Source: a virus (Duplodnaviria; Caudoviricetes). Taken from it: a DNA stretch of 39,101 nucleotides. The notes under the pieces were generated by a model. It did no database searches. It was given only the letters and a program-made list of their open reading frames with translations, and was not told the DNA's origin. The DNA lies in the IMG/VR virus record IMGVR_UViG_3300049917_000102, positions 1 to 39,101 of that record; one strand, 5' to 3'. Shown here piece by piece: positions 28,164 to 37,260 of the stretch (position 1 is its first letter; each line of letters begins with the position of its first letter). A program made the translations under genes and the position numbers.

Positions 28164-28388
28164 ATGAATACTAAAGAATATATGAAAATTAATAAAATAT
28201 CTTTTTACAAACTCTCAAAAATCTTGGGTATCGATGTTGCCTATATTTATCGTGTTATTAACTTTAAAGGCAATAGTGCTACCAAAGTATGCAAACCATC
28301 CGAGCGATTTATGGCAAAGTTAAAAATGTACTTTCCAGAAATGCACGATATTTTTGAAAAAGAAGTTATCGAGCGTTCATCGCATTAA
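28164..28388 (+). CDS. Small Cro/XRE-like HTH protein
   Basis: ISFYKLSKILGIDVAYIYRVIN...PS pattern; start 28152 or 28164. Confidence 0.65.
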   Translation: MNTKEYMKINKISFYKLSKILGIDVAYIYRVINFKGNSATKVCKPSERFMAKLKMYFPEMHDIFEKEVIERSSH

Positions 28389-29745
28389 CTATCTCTTCAC
28401 CAAATTTCTTAATACATGAATCAATAGAAAAACTAGGGTTTTTAATTCCTTTTCTTCTTCTTACCCATTCACAGTTTTTAAAGTGCAGTCTACACTCTCT
28501 AATAAGCCTAGATCTTCTTTCGTGTGGATCTTCGTTATACATAGAAAGCTCACCTTCTTTTAGATTTAGCCTTCTTTCTTTAACTGGTTTTTGATGTCCA
28601 CAATGTGGGCAAGTTCTAAACTTAGAATCAAAGATCATAAAGCAAGCTTCACAATTGGTGATATTGTCTTTTTCTTTATACTGCTTCTTTTCTTTTTTAG
28701 TTAAATCAATATCTCTTACTTCGTAAAAAAGCCCATGTCTAAAAACATTTCCAGCAGAATCAATAACAATACAGTTTTCTTTTCCATCCATTGATCTATT
28801 GCCACGACCTAAAGCCTGGAGATACCAAATTAGTGACCATGTTGGTCTAGCCTGAATAATACAAGATACCGCTGGACAGTCCCAGCCTACTGAAAAAATA
28901 TCAACATTGCATACTACCTTAACAGATCCATTCTCTAGTCCAATCCTAGCGTGCTCTCTTTCTTGCTCAGTAGAATTAGCATCACAATGAACTGCTGAAA
29001 TTCCAGCTCTTTTAAATTCATTAGCAAGCATTTGAGAGTGAGCTACTGAAACCGCAAAGCATACAGTAGGTCTATCCTGACCGTACTTAATCCAGTCTGA
29101 AACTACGTTACCAACTACGGCAGACTCAGTAACAACTGACTCTAATTGCTTCTTATCAAAATCACCACGCTTAATACTGATGTCTTTAGTTGACATAATA
29201 TTGGGGCAATAAGTAACAAAGTCCACTAGGTATCCAGAGTCTCGAAGCTCATAAGCTTGAACTGGTGAAATTACCCTATGAAAGTATTTATTCATTTCTA
29301 CATTGTACGGAGTTCCTGATAGACCTAGGATAAAGCCTCTAGGGTAGTTTTCTATTATTTTAGAATAGTCTTTATGCACTTCGTCAAGGCAAAGTAGTAC
29401 TTCTTGGTCGCTGAATGGGAAACTCTTTCTTGCTGTCAGTGTATCAGCTGAGCATACTTGTACCATCTTTTTTGCGCTGTAGTGGATACTTCCAGACATA
29501 AATATGGAGTGATCTATTCCGTATCTCTTGAGTGTTTTAGAGGCATTCTTTACAAGCTCCCTAGACCTAACACAAAATACAACTGGAAAATTTGTCTCTA
29601 TACACTTTTTCAATATAGCGGCAAATACGGTGGTTTTCCCTGCCCCTGGAGGCATATTTAAAATAACATTCGTCTCATTAATGCGAAAAGAATCAAAGAC
29701 TTCTTTTATGGCATCAACTTGATACGGTCTTAATTTTATCGCCAT
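28366..29745 (-). CDS. SF2 (DEAD/H-box, YejH-like) helicase with Zn ribbon
   Basis: LRPYQ, PGAGKT, DEVH, SGTP, GWD.P, Q.LGR.NR, CEAC..CPHCG. Confidence 0.92.
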   Translation of the reverse strand: MAIKLRPYQVDAIKEVFDSFRINETNVILNMPPGAGKTTVFAAILKKCIETNFPVVFCVRSRELVKNASKTLKRYGIDHSIFMSGSIHYSAKKMVQVCSADTLTARKSFPFSDQEVLLCLDEVHKDYSKIIENYPRGFILGLSGTPYNVEMNKYFHRVISPVQAYELRDSGYLVDFVTYCPNIMSTKDISIKRGDFDKKQLESVVTESAVVGNVVSDWIKYGQDRPTVCFAVSVAHSQMLANEFKRAGISAVHCDANSTEQEREHARIGLENGSVKVVCNVDIFSVGWDCPAVSCIIQARPTWSLIWYLQALGRGNRSMDGKENCIVIDSAGNVFRHGLFYEVRDIDLTKKEKKQYKEKDNITNCEACFMIFDSKFRTCPHCGHQKPVKERRLNLKEGELSMYNEDPHERRSRLIRECRLHFKNCEWVRRRKGIKNPSFSIDSCIKKFGEEIVNAMNAR

Positions 29746-32054
29746 AATGGGTTCACCATGATGTGATATTCTTTTTTTCCATCAGAAACTAATCTAATAT
29801 AATTCTTTTCCTCTAGGATCTGAGTTGCCTTGATAATATCACCAGAAGTCGCCTTGATAACTTTTCTAACCTTTTCTAGTGTATCGCCATCTTTATAAAC
29901 ACCAAGCTTAATATCATTCAGCATAGAATTTGCTAACTGATACATCATTGACGTATTAGAGTTGGTCCAGAAAGCCTCTAGTGTTAGTTTTTGCCACTCC
30001 ATAAACTCTACAGCTAAAAGAACATATTTCTTTTCAATCATTCTTGGATATTTCTTTTCGTGTAAAAACTGTAATAAGAAAGCAATCTTAGGCATCGTAC
30101 CTAAGTATTTAGCCTGGAGTGATTGTAGTGCTGAGTCTATGTTCTTAGCTCTCTTAAGCTGCATATTCATTTCATAATCTAAGAATACATCGATAGACTC
30201 ATCAGTTAATTCACAGTCAAAGTCATTTGCATTATATGCCAACCAAAATACATTCTGAATTTCATCATAATTTACTTTTTCTTTAACTACCTTTTGCCTA
30301 ATCATTGGAAGCTCTCTAGGAAAGGCATATAGGAATCGCTGATAGAATCCATCATTCTCAATAGATCCAACTCTCACTGGTCTTAATAGCGCATTTAGTG
30401 CATCATTCTGACAAGATGCCACCATAGATCCCACTAGCTTTCCAATCTTAATTTTTGCACCTGAAATTGTCTCATGTGAAAATCCCTCAGCATCAGTACC
30501 ATTGGCAAGCTTTAAGAAAAATGATCTCATGGATTCAGAGCCACGCTTATTCATCATGGCAACCAATCCAGTAAACTCTGATTGGTGAAATAAGACACCA
30601 CGTTTTTGATTTTCCATGCAAGTTAGATACATCTTTTCAGTCGTACCATTCTGGAATCTTAAAACAGGCTTCTTTTCTCTTTCACTCATTATCTCAAATT
30701 GGAGCTGCTTTATCTGTGCTGTGATTTCAGTTAAATCATCATCAGAATCAATTGCTTTTTTTCTTTTCTTGGCAAGAGAAACGAGCTTCTCTTCCTTAAG
30801 CTTCAGATCATCTAAATCATCAGTCATTTGTAGTGTTCTATCGATCTCATTAAAGAAAGCTAATCCGCTGTTGACCATAGAATCTTTCTTCATACCAGAA
30901 GGCGCTACAATCATACTGAAAAGATTTGGTCTAATGTAAAAATCATCTCCCATGCCTTTTGGATAAATCTTAGCCCTACCCTGAAGCAATGATCCTAATC
31001 CAGTAAGCATAGATAAAACCATACCATCTATAGTCATTGCCTTTCTTTCTTTATGATCGTTAAAGTATTCCTTAAGGTAATCCGGAAGTATCTCCTCTGG
31101 AAAATCAGCGGAATAAGTCATCAACTCTCTTTCGCTGAATGGGATAGGTGAAGACCAGTCCTCAACTAAATTATTTCTTATTTCTTTTTCAGCTGCTTTT
31201 TCAATTAAAGCTACTAGCTCTTTATCTCTAGTAGTACATGACTTCATAAAGTCACCAACCCAATTCATAGCATTTGCCATGTCTGAGTCTGAAGTCTTAG
31301 ATGAACCTAGTTTTTCTTTAGATAGGAAAAACTGGTCTCCTGGAAACAATCTTCTATCAACTTCAACTAGAATCCCGGCTACTTTCATAGTGTCACCAGG
31401 GTACTGTTTAATTAATCGTCCAGCCATTGATGTAATAGTGGACCAGCGACCGCCATCTTTAGTTTGTGTTTTTGGAAGGTTTTTAAGTGCATCGCTTAAA
31501 GATGCTGAATTGATAATTTCACCCACCATCTCAATTTCTTTTACTGTTAAGATTGGTAGATCTTGAATATCGATATTTAAAAGACTGTCACCTTCCCATC
31601 TATAATGACCGCCATCTGGATGTGGACTAGGTGGAATAACAGTGTATTTTCTACCTAAGAAAAACTCGACCGCTACTGATCCATTTAGTTTATACTGATA
31701 AACTAATCTATCTGGATACTCTTCATCTAATCTAAAGAAACAAGTAAAGCCCTTAGATCCAACCTTAATACCAACTAAAGGAATATCTAAAAACTTTACT
31801 ACTCGATCAATAATCTCCTGGTCATTTGTATCAAAATCAATGGCACAGACTCCGCTATACTTCTCACCCAAAAGTAATCCGTATCCAAGTCTACCCATAT
31901 CGAGATTTTCTTCCCAAAAATCCCAAGCTTCGTGAGTAACCTCAACCGCATTCCAACCTATATTGTCATTATAGCCACCCATAAACGCAACCTTACCGTT
32001 TACAGGAATGAGATGATAACCATTGTCCAATGCTTTATGTACGTCGATATTCAT
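29736..32054 (-). CDS. Bifunctional primase/polymerase (Prim-Pol) fused to a DUF3987-like domain
   Basis: N-terminal IPV.GK, AIDFD, TVIPPSPHPDG..Y.W; C-terminal W..P.P, FP...LP, RPNLF...VAPSG, DGFYQRFLY. Confidence 0.82.
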   Translation of the reverse strand: MNIDVHKALDNGYHLIPVNGKVAFMGGYNDNIGWNAVEVTHEAWDFWEENLDMGRLGYGLLLGEKYSGVCAIDFDTNDQEIIDRVVKFLDIPLVGIKVGSKGFTCFFRLDEEYPDRLVYQYKLNGSVAVEFFLGRKYTVIPPSPHPDGGHYRWEGDSLLNIDIQDLPILTVKEIEMVGEIINSASLSDALKNLPKTQTKDGGRWSTITSMAGRLIKQYPGDTMKVAGILVEVDRRLFPGDQFFLSKEKLGSSKTSDSDMANAMNWVGDFMKSCTTRDKELVALIEKAAEKEIRNNLVEDWSSPIPFSERELMTYSADFPEEILPDYLKEYFNDHKERKAMTIDGMVLSMLTGLGSLLQGRAKIYPKGMGDDFYIRPNLFSMIVAPSGMKKDSMVNSGLAFFNEIDRTLQMTDDLDDLKLKEEKLVSLAKKRKKAIDSDDDLTEITAQIKQLQFEIMSEREKKPVLRFQNGTTEKMYLTCMENQKRGVLFHQSEFTGLVAMMNKRGSESMRSFFLKLANGTDAEGFSHETISGAKIKIGKLVGSMVASCQNDALNALLRPVRVGSIENDGFYQRFLYAFPRELPMIRQKVVKEKVNYDEIQNVFWLAYNANDFDCELTDESIDVFLDYEMNMQLKRAKNIDSALQSLQAKYLGTMPKIAFLLQFLHEKKYPRMIEKKYVLLAVEFMEWQKLTLEAFWTNSNTSMMYQLANSMLNDIKLGVYKDGDTLEKVRKVIKATSGDIIKATQILEEKNYIRLVSDGKKEYHIMVNPLWR

Positions 32055-32070
32055 TTTGATTTCCTTATCT

Positions 32071-32146
32071 GTTTTTCGTTTAAAAAGGGCAGGAGATCAA
32101 CCCTGCCCAGGAGGTTTTACTGCAACCAGGGAAAACGAATAAAAAC
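32071..32146 (-). terminator. Terminator-like hairpin within a larger structured leader upstream of the primase
   Basis: GGGCAGG/CCTGCCC stem (32087-32108) followed by TTTTT on the minus strand; outer stem TTCGTTT/AAACGAA. Confidence 0.6.
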
Positions 32147-32147
32147 C

Positions 32148-32351
32148 CTAGTCACTTTCAGAATTGTAATTTTTGTCCATATCCTTGTCAATGTAATCTC
32201 TTTCTATTTTAATATCGCTATGCAATGATAGATCAAGAGAAGCTGATTGTGTTTTGTTATCCTCAGCCACCTGGATCTTTCCAATATAAGCCCCCATATA
32301 ATAGAGCTTAATCTGTAGCTTATTCTTTTTAATTGTGATCCTAGCTCCCAT
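32148..32351 (-). CDS. Small beta-rich protein, possibly CsrA-like
   Basis: GAGG RBS before ATG 32351; alternating hydrophobic strands ending SLDLSLHSDIKIERDYI. Confidence 0.45.
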   Translation of the reverse strand: MGARITIKKNKLQIKLYYMGAYIGKIQVAEDNKTQSASLDLSLHSDIKIERDYIDKDMDKNYNSESD

Positions 32352-32553
32352 GCTTAGCCTCAAATTCGATGGATTCGATTTCTGATGATTTAAATGATTG
32401 AAAAATTGTATTGTGATTTATTTCAAATATTACCATGTCCAAAATACTATACAGCAGCTTATTCGGATCTATCTTATGAGAGAATCCATAATACTGAAAC
32501 ACAGCCCCAGACTTCATATAAATTCTCATCACATCTACATCTTCCCACTTCAT
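32341..32553 (-). CDS. Hypothetical protein
   Basis: Coupled ORF in the early operon. Confidence 0.7.
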   Translation of the reverse strand: MKWEDVDVMRIYMKSGAVFQYYGFSHKIDPNKLLYSILDMVIFEINHNTIFQSFKSSEIESIEFEAKHGS

Positions 32554-32702
32554 ATCGCCACCTTAAACCCATTTGCCCATATTTTACTGATAATCATTAA
32601 AAACATTGATACCAGTAGTATTAATAAATTGTATTTGTCCCATATTCTAGTTAGAAGTGGGCGTTTGTAGAAGATTCGCCTATTTGTTTTTAGTTTTTTC
32701 AT
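32550..32702 (-). CDS. Small membrane protein (50 aa; absent from track)
   Basis: MKKLKTNRRIFYKRP...LLILLVSMFLMII...; ATGA overlaps on both sides. Confidence 0.65.
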   Translation of the reverse strand: MKKLKTNRRIFYKRPLLTRIWDKYNLLILLVSMFLMIISKIWANGFKVAI

Positions 32703-32914
32703 AACGATAGACTCTCTTTCGATACACCAGAATCTTTTTTTACGATGATTGGATCAATAAAAACCTCATAATAAAACCAAGTAACATCACGATCATAGGT
32801 GTATTCAACAGGAAACCCTTTGCATGTAACGGTCTCGGTGGAGTCCTCTTTAAACAAAAACACTGAACCGTCTGGTATATCTTGATTTATTCTATATTTT
32901 TTGACTTGCTTCAT
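32699..32914 (-). CDS. Hypothetical protein
   Basis: GGAGG RBS; ATGA coupling. Confidence 0.7.
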   Translation of the reverse strand: MKQVKKYRINQDIPDGSVFLFKEDSTETVTCKGFPVEYTYDRDVTWFYYEVFIDPIIVKKDSGVSKESLSL

Positions 32915-33333
32915 CTTGCCTCCAGTTTTGCGAGTGCCTGTTTTGTTTTAAAATAAAAAGACATATCTTTATGCACAAAAGAGTTAGGGATAGTTGATAT
33001 ATCTTTTTCTAGTCCTCGATAAATTCTTTCTAAAATGCTTTCACCCTCTCGCATAATATCAATCAACTCTTGCTGTGCTTTGAGTTTGGATTCGAGATTA
33101 TCAATCTCAACTTGGCTATATATGCGAGATTGAAGATATGCTATCCAACAGCTTTCAATAGATATTAATTCGTATGTGCGCTCGACTTTTGGATTTAAGT
33201 TTTTATCGAGCATCCATGGGGTTTCTTTGAAAAGACCCATGTTTTCAAACTGTATTCTCCACTTTTCAATCGATAGCTCAACGATAGCATTGCACGTATC
33301 TTTATCAATATCTGTAAGTTGTTGCGTTCCCAC
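32911..33333 (-). CDS. Hypothetical protein
   Basis: GTG start after AGGAG; coiled coil ending ALAKLEAR. Confidence 0.7.
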   Translation of the reverse strand: MGTQQLTDIDKDTCNAIVELSIEKWRIQFENMGLFKETPWMLDKNLNPKVERTYELISIESCWIAYLQSRIYSQVEIDNLESKLKAQQELIDIMREGESILERIYRGLEKDISTIPNSFVHKDMSFYFKTKQALAKLEAR

Positions 33334-33896
33334 TACTCTCCTTCCTTTGTTTTTAGAAATTCATTTACTTGGTCTTTTAATTCATCAGCGTAAAATCCAT
33401 CAAACAAATTTAATATTTTAGAAAGATCAGTAATCAACTCCCTAGCTTTTTCTAGTTCTTGCCATGCCTCTCTTCTTTCTTTCTGTAAGTTGTCACGAAT
33501 TTTGTTTAAAATCTCTATCGCCTCATTTGCTAGTTTTAATTCTTTGCTTAGATTTTCTATTTGCTCATCACAAGCACCATCTATCATGTCAACCTCATAA
33601 GTAAGTCTATCTTTGAGCGTGGTTATTTCTGAGTTAGCTTTTTCTAGTTCTGCTTTGATGTTTTCATTTTCACCAAATAAAAAGTTGTTTTCTTTTTTAA
33701 TATTCTCGTTACAGCACTTTAAATTTTTAAATCCGTCAAAGTTTACCTCTTCTTTTACCTTTGCTAGCTCTGCCTTGAGTTCTTGTACTTCATTCTTAAA
33801 TCTTTCAATTTTGTAGTTTGGGATTAAGTAATTAAGTTCATCTTCATCATATTTGTATGCTTCCCACCACTCATTCTCTTTATCTGTTTTATCCAC
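33333..33896 (-). CDS. Coiled-coil hypothetical protein
   Basis: Repeated ELEKA-like heptads; AAGGA RBS. Confidence 0.75.
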   Translation of the reverse strand: MDKTDKENEWWEAYKYDEDELNYLIPNYKIERFKNEVQELKAELAKVKEEVNFDGFKNLKCCNENIKKENNFLFGENENIKAELEKANSEITTLKDRLTYEVDMIDGACDEQIENLSKELKLANEAIEILNKIRDNLQKERREAWQELEKARELITDLSKILNLFDGFYADELKDQVNEFLKTKEGE

Positions 33897-33995
33897 TTGT
33901 TCTTTCCTTTAAATTTGCTAAAATTTAGTTATCAGAGTCAATTGCTAACCAGGGCTTCAAGTATTAATTAATTTTAATCTTGAGCCTTGGTTTCC

Positions 33996-34340
33996 TTACT
34001 CACCAATAACCCCCTTAATTAGTTCTTTTAGTTCTTCGTCGCTGAGTTTGCGGTATTCATTGGCGTGCTCTTTGTTGTAGATGGAGGATTCAGAATCAGA
34101 CAAACAAAACTCGATTGTGCCACGGGCAATACCATTCCCTTTTGTTTCCCACGCTTCTAACTTCCTAACTGGTTTTGGTTCTTGGTATGATGTGGTTCTA
34201 TCTGTAATAATTCTAATATCTATCGGGTAAGCTTTTCCAAGCTGATCTATTATTGCCTGATCCAAATATATTGCTTTTATTTCAAATACAACACCTGTAC
34301 TTCTCCATTGTCTTTTATCGCCAACTTTTAACGTTTCCAC
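33996..34340 (-). CDS. Hypothetical protein
   Basis: GGGAG RBS, GTG start, LKVGD N-terminus. Confidence 0.7.
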   Translation of the reverse strand: METLKVGDKRQWRSTGVVFEIKAIYLDQAIIDQLGKAYPIDIRIITDRTTSYQEPKPVRKLEAWETKGNGIARGTIEFCLSDSESSIYNKEHANEYRKLSDEELKELIKGVIGE

Positions 34341-34342
34341 AA

Positions 34343-34678
34343 TTACTCCCTGTCTTTGTTTTTAAATCTTGATATTTCCGACTCCAAGTGATCAATTCCT
34401 CTATATTTTTCTTTTATCTTTTCAAAAATCCCATCTGGGGATATTTCTACATTATATGTCTCGTGAAGAAATCTGCACTGGTAAACTAAGTTACTCCCAA
34501 CTATAGCGATTTGTGTTTTATTGCTCGAGTCACTCCAAATAATAAAAACACCGTCTTTAAAATTATTAATGTCAATCTTGAAGTATTTTAAGAAATCTTC
34601 ATATAGCCCAATTGCCTTTTTCTTGATCTCGACGGCTTTTTCAAGTTCAATGGTTTGCTCTAATGTTAAATTAATCAT
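34343..34678 (-). CDS. Hypothetical protein
   Basis: AGGAGG RBS. Confidence 0.75.
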   Translation of the reverse strand: MINLTLEQTIELEKAVEIKKKAIGLYEDFLKYFKIDINNFKDGVFIIWSDSSNKTQIAIVGSNLVYQCRFLHETYNVEISPDGIFEKIKEKYRGIDHLESEISRFKNKDRE

Positions 34679-34687
34679 AATCCCTCC

Positions 34688-34822
34688 TTATTTATTCCAT
34701 TTTTTCTTTACAATTTTTATCCATTTATTCAATCTTTCACTGTGATATGTTTCCCATAAACACCAAAGCTGTGCTTTTTCAGATCTTTCATCTAGTCTTT
34801 TAAAACTATCATCTAGACTCAT
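34688..34822 (-). CDS. Small protein (44 aa; absent from track)
   Basis: GGGGG RBS; MSLDDSFKRLDERSEKAQLW...; fills the gap. Confidence 0.6.
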   Translation of the reverse strand: MSLDDSFKRLDERSEKAQLWCLWETYHSERLNKWIKIVKKKWNK

Positions 34823-34830
34823 AATTCCCC

Positions 34831-35070
34831 CTATCCAGCATTAAAGCTTGCTAAAATTACACCTGATTTAACTTCTAAATTTGTCTCGCCTATTTTTTCT
34901 ACCGTCACCTTGTCTGGAGAATTAACCCATCGTTTACGATAATCACCCCAACAAACATTTCCGTCTGGATGAATATTTCTAGCCTCTTCTTCTGTGTTGG
35001 CGTAAACAATCGCACTATCGTAAGTGTCATATCTATTATTTTCTGTTTGTGATATTTTATAGATATTCAT
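34831..35070 (-). CDS. Hypothetical phage protein
   Basis: YDTYDSAIVYA.TEEEAR..HP...W...GVILASFNAG, a pattern I recall from small phage proteins; start moved to 35070. Confidence 0.75.
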   Translation of the reverse strand: MNIYKISQTENNRYDTYDSAIVYANTEEEARNIHPDGNVCWGDYRKRWVNSPDKVTVEKIGETNLEVKSGVILASFNAG

Positions 35071-35113
35071 AAAAACCCCCATTTTTTATCAATTAACTCT
35101 TTATAACTATTTA

Positions 35114-35488
35114 TTATTCCGATCGTAACGCCTCATAAATCTTTAACCCTAGACCCTGACCAAGGCAAAACTCATACCATTCTTCGTTATTACCTTGTAG
35201 GTACTCCATCCATTCCATGACAAACATTTTAAAGAGTAGTTCTTGTTCTTCTGGTGAGATTAGCCTATTGTCAACCGTTTCCCATTCATTCATTAGTTTT
35301 AAATTTAATCTGTACCAATGCCTATATCCTTCAATTGAGCAATCCCAACCAAAAGCCCATAACAGAGAATATTTTCCTTCTTTCTCTATAAAAGAATCAA
35401 TATTGCGCTTTGTTTTTTTAAAATTCCTCTCCAGCTTCCTAAAATTCTCCTCACCAATAATAGCGATTAGTTTTTCTTTATTAGTCAT
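35114..35488 (-). CDS. Hypothetical protein
   Basis: AGGAG RBS; AFGW..SIEG...W motif. Confidence 0.72.
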   Translation of the reverse strand: MTNKEKLIAIIGEENFRKLERNFKKTKRNIDSFIEKEGKYSLLWAFGWDCSIEGYRHWYRLNLKLMNEWETVDNRLISPEEQELLFKMFVMEWMEYLQGNNEEWYEFCLGQGLGLKIYEALRSE

Positions 35489-35490
35489 AA

Positions 35491-35763
35491 TTACTCCTTT
35501 TCATGTAGTTCATTTTGAAAATGAAAAACTTCTCTTTTATGCTGAACAACTGTTCTTATGACTTTATAATCATAAGCCCATTTTCCCTTTTCTTTTTTGT
35601 AAACATTGTGGCAAATAGAATACCACTTTGTATTAACTGAAAGCTGATCTGTTGTTATGTATCCCTTACATGGAATCATCTTGCAAGAAATACCATCTTT
35701 AGAAAAAGGGCAATCGGCAAAAGAATTAAAGCTAATTAACATTAAAAATAAAATCTTTTTCAT
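35491..35763 (-). CDS. Secreted Cys-containing protein
   Basis: MKKILFLMLISFNSFA signal peptide; four Cys in the mature chain. Confidence 0.7.
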   Translation of the reverse strand: MKKILFLMLISFNSFADCPFSKDGISCKMIPCKGYITTDQLSVNTKWYSICHNVYKKEKGKWAYDYKVIRTVVQHKREVFHFQNELHEKE

Positions 35764-36734
35764 TTGTATAGCATCTCCCTAATATTTCTCGCCTCAATCT
35801 CGTAAAAAACACTATCGTCAAAATACTCACTCATTCCTTTAAAGATATGAGCTATGACATCTACAGTCCAACCATTGCCAAGCATTTTGTACGCCTGTGC
35901 CTTTGAGACGTTCATAATATAATCATCTGGCACGGTCTGAAGTCTCTTGCATTCGAGAACTGATAGTTTTCTAATGCAGTAATCATCGTGATATAGTCCT
36001 GTTTTTGCTCCCCAGCCACCGCCAAGTGCACTTAAACAAACTGACTTACCACTTTCGTGATAAACCCTAGTCCCCATACTCTTTGTTACAGCCCCAAGTC
36101 TAATCGGCTTACTTGATCTCTCGAAAACAACTTGTCGCCTCTTTTTCTTTAAATACTGTTCTAGGTTAGTTCCTTTAAAGTAATTAGCATCGATGCAATA
36201 ACTCTTATCTCTATCTACTAAGCCGTGTTCGATAATATCACTAAGAACAATTCCCTTATCCTTCCAAGGCAAGATAGGAATATTAGTCCAATATAGACGT
36301 GATCTTTTCTGAGCTGAAAAATCTGAGCTCTCAATTCGTACTGGTTTTACTCCCAATTGTTCGCTAATAACATCTTGGTACTCTTGCTTCATTATCACGT
36401 TTTCAAGTAAGAAGTATTTAGGCTTACACTCTCTAAGTAGGCGAACATACTCAAAGAAAAGCTTAGATCTTGGATCTTCAAAATTTAATTGCTTACCAGC
36501 AAACGAAAATCCCTGGCACGGACTACCACCAATTAGTAAGTCAATCCTTGGAAGACTTTCAGAGTTCACTATTGTAACATCACCAATATGCTCTATATCA
36601 TTCCAATTATCCTTACTTACCTGAATGGCGTACTTATCAATTTCAGCTGCTAAATATCTAGACGGAGTAACTCCAGCTCTATTTAATGCGATTCTTCCAC
36701 AACTCATTCCATCAAATAAACTAAGTACGTTCAT
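35760..36734 (-). CDS. DNA (cytosine-5) methyltransferase
   Basis: LSLFDG, EID, GGSPCQGFS, LENV, Q.R.R.YW, RLQT and LGNGW motifs. Confidence 0.93.
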   Translation of the reverse strand: MNVLSLFDGMSCGRIALNRAGVTPSRYLAAEIDKYAIQVSKDNWNDIEHIGDVTIVNSESLPRIDLLIGGSPCQGFSFAGKQLNFEDPRSKLFFEYVRLLRECKPKYFLLENVIMKQEYQDVISEQLGVKPVRIESSDFSAQKRSRLYWTNIPILPWKDKGIVLSDIIEHGLVDRDKSYCIDANYFKGTNLEQYLKKKRRQVVFERSSKPIRLGAVTKSMGTRVYHESGKSVCLSALGGGWGAKTGLYHDDYCIRKLSVLECKRLQTVPDDYIMNVSKAQAYKMLGNGWTVDVIAHIFKGMSEYFDDSVFYEIEARNIREMLYK

Positions 36735-36909
36735 TGATCTGCTCCTGCTCTTCCTCGTCTAAATAAGCTGATAACCTATCACTGATCTCACTCTCACCAT
36801 TTAAACTGATTATAATTCGCTCAATATCACGATAAGAAAGCTTCACTGTGATGATAGCGTCTTTATTAATATTAAAGGACTGTTCTTCGTCTTTTTCTCT
36901 TAAGCCCAT
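36721..36909 (-). CDS. Hypothetical protein
   Basis: Tightly packed ORF. Confidence 0.65.
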   Translation of the reverse strand: MGLREKDEEQSFNINKDAIITVKLSYRDIERIIISLNGESEISDRLSAYLDEEEQEQINERT

Positions 36910-37119
36910 TTACTTATATCCTTGTGTGCTTACTATAAAGAAATCCATATCCCTTTTTAGGCTAACCATTAAACATGATTTGCAAAACACCTCACCTTCG
37001 GCAAGATCGGTTACTTCTGCATATTCAGAATCGCACTCTGAGCATAATGGCTTTTGAACATCTCCACACATTGTTTTTAGATAGTAATTAAATCTTATTT
37101 CTAGCTCTTCATTTTCCAT
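36910..37119 (-). CDS. Small Zn-finger protein (start moved to 37119)
   Basis: CSEC...CKSC; GGAG RBS. Confidence 0.7.
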   Translation of the reverse strand: MENEELEIRFNYYLKTMCGDVQKPLCSECDSEYAEVTDLAEGEVFCKSCLMVSLKRDMDFFIVSTQGYK

Positions 37120-37120
37120 T

Positions 37121-37258
37121 TTATTTCTCCAGTAAAATTTTGCTATCCACAATTCCAATTAGAGCAATAAAAATAAAAAATGTAGCCTTATAAAACCAGT
37201 GTGGTTTTTCATATCTACACCATAAGTCGTAGACCATAAATGCGATTATTAGCTCCAT
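37121..37258 (-). CDS. Small membrane protein (45 aa; absent from track)
   Basis: MELIIAFMVYDLW...FFIFIALIGIV...; fills the gap. Confidence 0.55.
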   Translation of the reverse strand: MELIIAFMVYDLWCRYEKPHWFYKATFFIFIALIGIVDSKILLEK

Positions 37259-37260
37259 AC

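Noticed and set aside
32071-32146. tRNA or hammerhead ribozyme
   Set aside because: No T-loop (TTCGA), anticodon arm or CTGANGA core is present.
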